From NCBI GenBank assembly GCA_965207225.1, contig CBDBLV010000002.1:224001-288000 (forward strand): DNA of 64,000 bases, read 5' to 3'. A program made the translations under genes and the position numbers. Source of the DNA: Dehalococcoidia bacterium (GTDB lineage: Bacteria > Chloroflexota > Dehalococcoidia > Plut-88900). Positions 29,599 to 37,178 of the stretch are shown in pieces. Under the pieces are notes generated by a model. It was given only the letters and a program-made list of their open reading frames with translations. It made no database searches and had not been told where the DNA came from. How positions within the stretch are numbered: the first letter of the stretch is position 1; the number at the start of each line of letters is the position of its first letter.

Positions 29599-30345
29599 CC
29601 TCCCATTTCCCTGTCCCCTCCATCCCACCCCCTCTCTGTCATCCCGCTTCCGACCGGGAGTTCACCCTATCCTTTTTCGTCATTCCCGACTCCGATCGGG
29701 AATCCATCCCGCGGGGCGAGGGTTCCGTTCGCCCTGAGCAAAGTCGAAGGGTCGACCGAACGGAATGGGGTGGTGCCCGGTTCCCGTAGGGGCGACCGGC
29801 GGGTCGCCCTCCCCGGTCCGGGGCCGCTCGTGCTGAGACCCTCGAAGTATGAGCGAGAGGCGGCCCACGCCTTGCCAACCCGTCTCATCCCTCCATCACC
29901 AACCACCCTTTCTCACCTTCCCATTCCGATGCCCCGCGAGGAATCTGGGGCTGGCAGGAGGCTGGCCCTCTCCCCCGAGCAGTGGGGCCGCTCACCCTGA
30001 GCGACGAGTCGAAGGGTCGAGCGGGGAGGGGTGGCCCAAGCCTCTCCAAACCATCACCTCAGTCTGCCGTCAACCCACACCCCTCACTGTCATTCCGATG
30101 CCCCGCGATGAATCTAGGACTTGCCCGCTCACGCCCTTTATCTCCTTCTCCCTTTCTCTCCCCAGTACTGAACTAGAGGGCTACGTGGGTGCGCAGCACC
30201 CACGTAGCCCTCTGTTCTTCTTCCCCCTCTCCCTTAAAGGCCCTAAGAGCCTGCCCCGAGTCCCTCGAGGGGGAGAGGGGGATCAAGGGGGTGAGGGTTC
30301 CCCCGTGGGGCCGAGGGGCATTCCATCCCCAAGAAGATCGGACAT

Positions 30346-30374
30346 TTGCCCTACCTGAACCCCCGTGCTATACT
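30346..30374 (+). promoter_or_regulatory. internal sigma70-like promoter of island A
   Basis: TTGCCC-N17-TATACT with extended -10 TG. Confidence 0.55.
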
Positions 30375-30436
30375 ACGCCCCAGGCCGCCGACCTCACTCC
30401 TCGGCGACCATCACAATGCAGGATCAAAGGAGTCCC

Positions 30437-31792
30437 ATGAGCCGCACCGGCCTACATAGGCCCCGTCTCAGCCGAGCAGCATCCCGCCGCCCGGCCCCCG
30501 GCACGCGCCTCCTCCCAGGCTCCTTTCTCTTTCCACACCCCGTCCTGCACCCCAACACTCACTACAAGCGCTGCCCAAAGGCCCAACGTCTCGGCCTTCG
30601 CAGCGATCAATCACCGCCCCGCCCCATGCAAGGAAGGTCCCCGGACAAATCACGGCACGTCCTATTCAAGGGCCGTTGCCAGGTGCGCGCCCCACTCATA
30701 GGGCGCAACGGTTTCGCCCCGTCAGGCGACGCTAAGGAGCACGGTGTAATGTTGCTCCATCGGGCCATCGCGCCCTTCTTGGATTCCACCGTCGTCACCA
30801 TCGGCAAGTTCCGGTCTACGAACGGCGGTCACGGGTCCATGCTCTCACCCCTTGGGGTGCTAGAGCGCTTCCGGTGGTCGAGGCTGCCCCAGAGCGAGAG
30901 TTTCTCGCGTCTCGTCCACATCCCCTCGGAAGTGTGGGGCTGTCGCAGGGTCGACGCTGGTGTGGACCGTCCCCAGGGGCAGACACCCCGCATCGGTACA
31001 GGCGTCGCCGACATCCTGCGCAAACCGTCCGGGACCTTCCTCCCCCTCCCCCGACTTGCCATGTCATCCCGAGGCCCCGCGAGGGATCTCAAGGGCCCGT
31101 CTCAAGACGTGGCATTCACCACCGTTCACCCCCATCCAACTTCAGGGAGTGTAAGGGGTGCAGCTTCCCGTACCCTGGAGGAATGGGCTGGCATGAGGCT
31201 GATGCCCTCCCCTCCCACCAGTACCAACCCCCGATTTGCTATGTCATCCCGAGGCCCCGCGAGGGATCTCAAGCGCCCGCCTCAAGACATGGCATTCACC
31301 GCCGTTCACCCCCATCCAACTTCAGGGAATGTAAGGGGTACAGCCTCCCGTACCCTGAAGGAATGGGCTGGGATGAGGCTGATGTCCTCACCTCCTACCA
31401 GAACCAAACTAGGGGCAAGCGCCTGTGCCAGGGCACAGGCGCTTGCCCCTGTTTTTCCTTCCCTCTCTCCCTTAAAGGCCCTGAGAGCCTGCCCCGAGTC
31501 CCTCGAGGGGGAGAGCAGGATAAAGAGGGTTAGGGTTCCCCTCTCGTTCCTTAAACAATCAAAGGCGTGCCTGAAACCGGAAAACAATCAAAAGCCCGCC
31601 CCCTCCCCTTCGTCATTCCCGACCCCGATCGGGAACCCACCCCCGGGGGCTGGGCCGCTCGTGCTGAGGCTCTCGAAGTACGAGCGGAGGGGTGGCCCAC
31701 ACCCGACCGTCACGTCTCGCTGGTCATCCTCGCCCACCCCATGCCGTCGTCTCCCCCACAGCGCCACGCGAAATCCCCCAAAACCCCTTTAG
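30437..31792 (+). CDS. putative 451-aa Pro/Arg/Ser-rich ORF reading through the repeats (function unknown, may be spurious)
   Basis: AAGGAG SD 5 nt before ATG 30437, downstream of the promoter; no recognisable domain. Confidence 0.3.
   Translation: MSRTGLHRPRLSRAASRRPAPGTRLLPGSFLFPHPVLHPNTHYKRCPKAQRLGLRSDQSPPRPMQGRSPDKSRHVLFKGRCQVRAPLIGRNGFAPSGDAKEHGVMLLHRAIAPFLDSTVVTIGKFRSTNGGHGSMLSPLGVLERFRWSRLPQSESFSRLVHIPSEVWGCRRVDAGVDRPQGQTPRIGTGVADILRKPSGTFLPLPRLAMSSRGPARDLKGPSQDVAFTTVHPHPTSGSVRGAASRTLEEWAGMRLMPSPPTSTNPRFAMSSRGPARDLKRPPQDMAFTAVHPHPTSGNVRGTASRTLKEWAGMRLMSSPPTRTKLGASACARAQALAPVFPSLSPLKALRACPESLEGESRIKRVRVPLSFLKQSKACLKPENNQKPAPSPSSFPTPIGNPPPGAGPLVLRLSKYERRGGPHPTVTSRWSSSPTPCRRLPHSATRNPPKPL
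31048..31407 (+). repeat. 180-bp imperfect tandem duplication (31048-31227 / 31228-31407)
   Basis: Gap-free near-identical copies, e.g. ATGTCATCCCGAGGCCCCGCGAGGGATCTCAAG at 31061 and 31241. Confidence 0.92.
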
Positions 31793-31841
31793 GCGTCGTT
31801 CAATCAAACCAGCCACGAATTCAATCAACGTTCAATCAAAA
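31784..31841 (+). repeat. CCCCTTTAGGCGTC + 3x TTCAATCAA phased motif
   Basis: TTCAATCAA at 31799, 31820, 31831; related copy on minus strand at 51258-51326. Confidence 0.85.
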
Positions 31842-31918
31842 CCCCACCCCCCGTCGAGGGAGAGGGTCGGAGCATCCCCCCAAGAAGCCGCCGGGTGAAG
31901 GTTCCCATTTGACCCCGT

Positions 31919-31947
31919 TTGACATCCTCACCAAACACGGCTAAGAT
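31919..31947 (+). promoter_or_regulatory. sigma70 promoter of the leader peptide / reductase transcript
   Basis: TTGACA-N17-TAAGAT. Confidence 0.8.
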
Positions 31948-31956
31948 TTTGCACCG

Positions 31957-32007
31957 ATGATTATAAAAATCCATCTCGACCACTGCTCCTGTACCTGTCG
32001 GCTATAG
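31957..32007 (+). CDS. putative Cys-rich leader peptide MIIKIHLDHCSCTCRL
   Basis: ATG 10 nt after the -10 box, no SD; three Cys codons (TGC, TGT, TGT) just before the stop; overlaps attenuator stems. Confidence 0.75.
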   Translation: MIIKIHLDHCSCTCRL

Positions 32008-32079
32008 GGCCGACGTAAAACCGCATAGGCATAACGTTGCGCCCCGACGATGATTCCCATCGACGGGGCGCCTTTTATT
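31997..32079 (+). terminator. attenuator: pause (1:2), antiterminator (2:3) and terminator (3:4) hairpins
   Basis: GTCGGC 31997/GCCGAC 32009; GGGCCGACGT 32007-32016 pairs with ACGTTGcGCCC 32034-32044; GCGCCCCGaCGATG-ATTCC-CATCGaCGGGGCGC 32039-32071 then CTTTTATT. Confidence 0.75.
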
Positions 32080-32110
32080 GCACCTAAGCACCAATGGAGA
32101 CCAACCCGAA

Positions 32111-33925
32111 ATGACCACCGTCGAAAGAGAACCCAAGATCCAGGATAAGGCGGACCTTGACTACTCCAGGGGCATAATCCCCTACCTGCCCCAGGAAGTC
32201 TCCGACTTCGAGACCGAGGTCACCCGCTTCCAGAAGGGCGGCTGGGACGACCCCCTGAAGTTCACCGCCTACCGGCTCGTCCGCGGCATCTACGGCCAGC
32301 GCCAGCCCGACGTTCACATGGTCCGCATCAAGATGCCCTCCGGCTCCCTCACCGCAGACCAGCTCGAAGCCGTAGGTGAAATCGTCGACAAGTACGTGCC
32401 CCTCAATAAGGGGCACGTCACCACCAGGGAGAACATCCAGCTGCACTTCGTAAAGCTGGAGGACACCCCGGAGGTGATGCGCATGCTCGGTGAAGTCGGC
32501 CTTTCCACCCGAGAGGCCTGCGGCAATACAGTCCGCAACGTCATCGGCTGCCCCCTCTCCGGCGTCACCCCTGACGAGCCCTTCTACGTCGGCCCGTACC
32601 TCGCAGCCTTCGCTCGCTGGTTCGTGCGGCATCCCCAGGCCCAGGCCCTCCCCCGGAAAATGAAGTGCGCCTTCGCTAGCTGCAACAACGACTGCGTGGT
32701 CACCGCCATCCACGACCTCGCCTTCAAGCCCAAGCTCAGGGTTGACGAAAACGGCGTAGAGCGCCGCGGCTTCGAGATCATCACCGGCGGCGGCACCTCC
32801 ATCATGCCCCGGCTCGCCTACACCCTATACGACTTCGTCCCCGTCGAAGATTACCTTCGCATCAGCGAGGCTATAATCCGTATCTTCAACCGCACCGACG
32901 AACTTCGGCGTAACCGCATGAAGGCGCGCATCAAGTTCTACATCGACCGCGTGGGCATCGACGCCTTTCGCGAAGAGGTGGAGGAGGAGCTAAAGCAGCC
33001 CTGGGCCCAGGAGTCCTACGACCCCACCCCCCTCATGGAACTCCCACCCGAGCTCATCGACAATCCCCCCGCCCCCGTCCCCGCCGAGACCAACGGCCAC
33101 CACGACCCCGCCTACGAACGATGGCTGTCAACCAACGTCCGGGCCCAGAAGCAGGACGGTTACAACGTGGTCACCGTCAAACTCCCCCTGGGTGACATCT
33201 CCACAGAGCAGTTTCCTATCCTCGGACGTATCGCCCGCGAATTCGCCGGGGGCCGAGTCCGCACCACCGTCGAGCAGAACCTCGTCTACCGCTGGGTGCC
33301 GACAGGCGTACTCAAGGAAGTCTGGCGACAGCTCAAGGACGCGGGTCTCGGGGAGGCGGGCGCCGGAGAGATCAGCGACGTCGTGTCCTGCCCCGGTACC
33401 GATAGCTGCAAGCTGGGCATTACCTCTTCCATGGGGCTCGGGCAGGCCGTAGGCCAGGCCCTCAAGGAGGCGGCCTATGATGACCCCCTGGTCAGGTCCC
33501 TCCACGTCAAGATAAGCGGCTGCCCCAACGGCTGCGCCCGACACCACATCGCCAACATCGGTTTCCACGGCGCCGCCACCCGGGGCGCCAATAAGAGCCA
33601 GATCCCTTCCTATGAGCTCTTCATCGGCGGCAGCTTCGGCAGCGATGAGGCCGCCCGGTTTGGCAAGCGCGTAAAGACCAAGGTCCCGGCAAAGAAGGTC
33701 CCGAGCCTCGTTCAGGACATCGTACGCTACTACCAGGCCGAGCGAGAACCCCGGGAGGTCTTCAACCGCTTCGTGGACCGCGTAGGCACCGAACCCTTCG
33801 AGACCCTCGCTGGCGCTTACAAGGAGACCGGCCCCCTCAACCGGGACACCATAGGCACCTACATGGACTGGGGCAAGACCCGCATGTTCAAGGTCGAACG
33901 CGGCGAAGGAGAGTGTGCCGTATAG
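32111..33925 (+). CDS. siroheme/[4Fe-4S] nitrite/sulfite reductase hemoprotein (probably assimilatory sulfite reductase)
   Basis: GIYGQRQ, MVRIK.P.G, HVTTRENIQ, ACGNTVRNV, LPRK.K, SCPGTDSCKLG, KISGCPNGC, GEGEC; ATG 32111 preferred over TTG 32078. Confidence 0.92.
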   Translation: MTTVEREPKIQDKADLDYSRGIIPYLPQEVSDFETEVTRFQKGGWDDPLKFTAYRLVRGIYGQRQPDVHMVRIKMPSGSLTADQLEAVGEIVDKYVPLNKGHVTTRENIQLHFVKLEDTPEVMRMLGEVGLSTREACGNTVRNVIGCPLSGVTPDEPFYVGPYLAAFARWFVRHPQAQALPRKMKCAFASCNNDCVVTAIHDLAFKPKLRVDENGVERRGFEIITGGGTSIMPRLAYTLYDFVPVEDYLRISEAIIRIFNRTDELRRNRMKARIKFYIDRVGIDAFREEVEEELKQPWAQESYDPTPLMELPPELIDNPPAPVPAETNGHHDPAYERWLSTNVRAQKQDGYNVVTVKLPLGDISTEQFPILGRIAREFAGGRVRTTVEQNLVYRWVPTGVLKEVWRQLKDAGLGEAGAGEISDVVSCPGTDSCKLGITSSMGLGQAVGQALKEAAYDDPLVRSLHVKISGCPNGCARHHIANIGFHGAATRGANKSQIPSYELFIGGSFGSDEAARFGKRVKTKVPAKKVPSLVQDIVRYYQAEREPREVFNRFVDRVGTEPFETLAGAYKETGPLNRDTIGTYMDWGKTRMFKVERGEGECAV

Positions 33926-33932
33926 AGGTCGC

Positions 33933-34301
33933 ATGGGCATAAGCCGCTCCCGCGCCCAGGACTACGCCGAGCAGATCCTCGAAAGGCCCCGCGCCGCCAT
34001 CGACTTGATCATCAGGCGCTCTAAGTCAGGTGTGACTTTGCTGCACAGGGGAAGAGCCGTTACCAAGTGCCACGCAACTGGCGTCGGCGAAATGCAGGCC
34101 GAGTTCATGGCCATCGCCCTCGGCACTGAGCTCCCAGCACTGGGGGATGCGGTTTCCGTCCAGGTTCCCGCCGGCGCTTTCTACCGCGCCATTGCCATCT
34201 CTTCCCTTGACCTCCGCAGACCCGAGGCCCGCCTCCTCCTCAAACAGCACCTCGCCACCGCCCAGATGCAGCGCACCAGCATGCGCAGCATAGAGGCCTG
34301 A
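33933..34301 (+). CDS. hypothetical protein
   Basis: GAGGT SD, host-like C-ending codons, 7 nt after the reductase stop. Confidence 0.7.
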   Translation: MGISRSRAQDYAEQILERPRAAIDLIIRRSKSGVTLLHRGRAVTKCHATGVGEMQAEFMAIALGTELPALGDAVSVQVPAGAFYRAIAISSLDLRRPEARLLLKQHLATAQMQRTSMRSIEA

Positions 34302-34314
34302 TCGGTACACGAGC

Positions 34315-34659
34315 ATGTTACTCGTAATCGAAATCGAAGAGTCCGAGAACAGCCTCTTCGCCGTCACCCGCAGCTTTCAAACCATGGAAGACCCGAGGCC
34401 CGTCTCCCGGGTGCAGACCTACGGCCCTGACGGATCAGAAGACATGTTTGAAGTGGTAGGCTGGTCCGAAGAAGGGCCCGGTACGGCCTTCGTAGCCCTC
34501 GTAGATGACTCTGGAGAGGGGTCTGCTCTCCTCGTCTACGGTCGCGAAGAAGGCATCCGCCTGCGCCCCGAGAACTCAATCCTCGACTGGTCTCTCGAAG
34601 AACCCTCCCAATGGGGCGAACCCTTCCTCCTCCTCTCTCGCGACACCCTAGCCGACTAA
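34315..34659 (+). CDS. hypothetical acidic protein
   Basis: 114 aa, E/D-rich, co-oriented 13 nt after previous ORF. Confidence 0.65.
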   Translation: MLLVIEIEESENSLFAVTRSFQTMEDPRPVSRVQTYGPDGSEDMFEVVGWSEEGPGTAFVALVDDSGEGSALLVYGREEGIRLRPENSILDWSLEEPSQWGEPFLLLSRDTLAD

Positions 34660-34684
34660 GGCCTTTGCCCATCCACGGTCCTGC

Positions 34685-35737
34685 TCACAGTAGCAGGATT
34701 ATCGTGATCCCGCTGAACATCGCCGTTATCCCCACTATCCCTGCCAGGTTCATCCGTTCCCTCAGTACCACCACCGAGAGCATCGTAGTCCAGAATATCT
34801 GCGTCGATCCCAGCACGGCGGAAATTGAGAGGCCAGCTCGCTCTATGCCTATAAGGAACAGCATGCTCGCTACCCCCAACAGCCCTGCCCCATTGGCAAT
34901 GGCCACCCCCGCCAGCCGGAACGACCAACCCGAATGGTATACCCTCCTCCTACGCACCGAATCCCGATGGGCCGCGCCCCCTGGTCCTCTCCCCCCAATC
35001 CTCAACGACCTGGCAGCCGTCCTCGCAACAAGGCTCTGCGACACCGCCATCTTGACCCTGTCCCCAAAGCGTAGCTTTGCTCCTTCCTCACTCGGGATGA
35101 GTATCTCGCTCACCCCCAGCCACGACATAATGGTCAGGAAGATGCACACCGCAGATAGCCGGAGCACGTTCAACGTCGGTGGGTCCATCTCCCGCAACGC
35201 GTAGCCCTGCACCGTAAGCCCCGACACCCAGAACGCGGACACTATCGATAGCAGGAATACGCCCTTGAATCCTAGCCACGACGCCTGGTTCTCATCCGTA
35301 TGCTTGCGCTGCCCAAAGCTCAGCAGGTACACCCCCGTGACTACTACTATCACGCCCCCAATATCGAACGCGCTGGGGGTCTCTCGTAGTATCAGGATCC
35401 CGGAGAGCAGCGAGAAGATCGACAGCAACCCAGCCATGATCGGCCAAGCCTTGCTGATGTCCACGTTCCGCAGGAAGAGCAGGTAAAGCGGCTCCCCCAG
35501 TCCGATGTTGATGAGCCCGCCGAGAATGCCCAGCACAACGTGCGTAGTAGGGATGTGTGGAATCGCAGCAATGTCCGAGGTCGTCAGCACGAACACTAGC
35601 GCTGCCAGCGCCCCTCCCCCCGCTCCCAGGGCCCCCAGTGTAAGGGGCCTGAATCTCGTCACCAGCCTCTTCTGCACAATGCCCGTAATGGAAAAGACCA
35701 GCGTGGACGCCAGTACTGCCAGTTCGCCTATTGGCAT
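34685..35737 (-). CDS. DMT/EamA-family transporter
   Basis: About 10 TM helices in two EamA repeats (ILILRETPS, VVVLRERM). Confidence 0.85.
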   Translation of the reverse strand: MPIGELAVLASTLVFSITGIVQKRLVTRFRPLTLGALGAGGGALAALVFVLTTSDIAAIPHIPTTHVVLGILGGLINIGLGEPLYLLFLRNVDISKAWPIMAGLLSIFSLLSGILILRETPSAFDIGGVIVVVTGVYLLSFGQRKHTDENQASWLGFKGVFLLSIVSAFWVSGLTVQGYALREMDPPTLNVLRLSAVCIFLTIMSWLGVSEILIPSEEGAKLRFGDRVKMAVSQSLVARTAARSLRIGGRGPGGAAHRDSVRRRRVYHSGWSFRLAGVAIANGAGLLGVASMLFLIGIERAGLSISAVLGSTQIFWTTMLSVVVLRERMNLAGIVGITAMFSGITIILLL

Positions 35738-35827
35738 GTCAGCTTCTTTTCATTGCAAGCGTTCATCCGTCAGGCGCAATATAATACTCTGCATACCACG
35801 GCTTAACACTCCAAAGGGGAGCAATAT

Positions 35828-37159
35828 ATGGTGGAAAGCATGACCGGCCTCTCCCTTACGACTAATGAAGAATGGATCGAGGCTGGGGAGCAGTGGGCCC
35901 TAAACACCTGGCACAAGTTTCCCATCGTCCCCGCCCGAGGCCTCGGCTGCTCCCTGTGGGACGTTGAAGGCAACGAGTTTCTCGACATGATGTCCGGCCA
36001 GCTGTGCGTATCCGTCGGGCATTCCCACCCCCGACTCCTTGACGCCGTCGCACGGCAGTCGGCCCTCCTAATGCAGACCGGATCGTCCTTCACGACTCCC
36101 CAGGAGGTTGAACTTTCCAGGCGCCTGACCGAGCTCACCCCCGGAGATCTGCAGAAGCCCTTCTATGGATGTACGGGCTCAGACTCTGTAGAAACCGCTA
36201 TCCGTATCGCCCGCTTCGCCACCGGCCGCCACGAGATGGTCGCCCTATCCGAAAGCTATCACGGCCTCTCCCTCGGGTCCTGGAGCGTGACCGGACGCGG
36301 CTACCGTCGAGGACATCCGGAGTACGGTCCCGCTATGCCGGGCGTCACCTTCATCCCCACCCCCAACTCCTACCGTTGCCGCATCTGCTCCAATGGGGGA
36401 TGCTCCTCTCTCGCCTGCTTCGACTATTCCGTGGAAATGATCGACCTCAATACCACAGGAGAACCCGCTGCGGTCATCATCGAGCCGGTGCTCGGCGGAC
36501 CCATCGTCGTCCCTCCCCCCGAGTACGTGCAGGCCCTCCGACGCTTCTGCACCGAGAGGGGCGCCCTCCTCATTATGGACGAGGCCCTAACTGGCCTCGG
36601 GCGTACCGGCAAATGGTTCGCCGCCGAGCACCACAATGTTATCCCCGACATTATGACCCTATCCAAGAGCCTGGGTGGAGCCGTGCCCCTCAGCGCAACC
36701 CTGGTATCGGAGTCCGCAGCCCGAAAACTCGAAGACGGCGGATATTATCAGAGCACCTCCCACAGTGGTGACCCATTCCTTTGCGGAGTCGGCCTCGCCA
36801 ATCTGGACATCATCGAGGACGAAGGGCTGGTAGAGAGGGCGGAAGTGATGGGAGGATATTTCCGTTCCGGCCTTGAGAGCCTGAAGGACCAGTACGAGAT
36901 AGTCGGGGACGTGAGGGGCGTGGGGCTGCTGCTGGGAATGGAGATCGTCACCGACAAGGCCTCCGCCACCCCCGCCCCCGACCTTATGACCCATATCACC
37001 GACTACTGCCTGGACAAGGGCCTCATACTCTTCACCACGCCCGGCACACCCATAATCCGCATTGCGCCGCCCCTGGTCATCGGAAAACCGGAAATAGACC
37101 GAGCCCTCACCGTGATAGAAGAGGTCATACGAGCCGTTTCCGAAGGTGCTGGACGCTAG
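35828..37159 (+). CDS. class III PLP aminotransferase
   Basis: LWDVEGNEFLD, VGHSHP, TGSDSVE, YHG, IIEPV, LIMDEALTGLGRTG, PDIMTLSKSLGG. Confidence 0.93.
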   Translation: MVESMTGLSLTTNEEWIEAGEQWALNTWHKFPIVPARGLGCSLWDVEGNEFLDMMSGQLCVSVGHSHPRLLDAVARQSALLMQTGSSFTTPQEVELSRRLTELTPGDLQKPFYGCTGSDSVETAIRIARFATGRHEMVALSESYHGLSLGSWSVTGRGYRRGHPEYGPAMPGVTFIPTPNSYRCRICSNGGCSSLACFDYSVEMIDLNTTGEPAAVIIEPVLGGPIVVPPPEYVQALRRFCTERGALLIMDEALTGLGRTGKWFAAEHHNVIPDIMTLSKSLGGAVPLSATLVSESAARKLEDGGYYQSTSHSGDPFLCGVGLANLDIIEDEGLVERAEVMGGYFRSGLESLKDQYEIVGDVRGVGLLLGMEIVTDKASATPAPDLMTHITDYCLDKGLILFTTPGTPIIRIAPPLVIGKPEIDRALTVIEEVIRAVSEGAGR

Positions 37160-37178
37160 ACGAAAGAGGAGAACAGCA

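Larger units (their letters stand above)
29638..31841. repeat. palindrome-rich intergenic island A (mosaic of REP-like hairpin families)
   Basis: GTCAT(T/C)CC hairpins (29679, 30089, 31063, 31243, 31612); CCG(T/C)TC..CTGAG..TCGAAG hairpins (29725, 29825, 29988, 31655); GTAGGGGCGACC hairpin (29786); CTAG+long palindrome modules (30161-30301, 31398-31539). Confidence 0.85.

Noticed and set aside
29638-31841. CRISPR array in the repeat islands
   Set aside because: No run of identical repeats with constant-length unique spacers and no cas genes
31948-32110. SAM riboswitch or T-box upstream of the reductase
   Set aside because: No S-box core or T-box AAGGTGGTACC-like consensus; the leader-peptide model accounts for the stems
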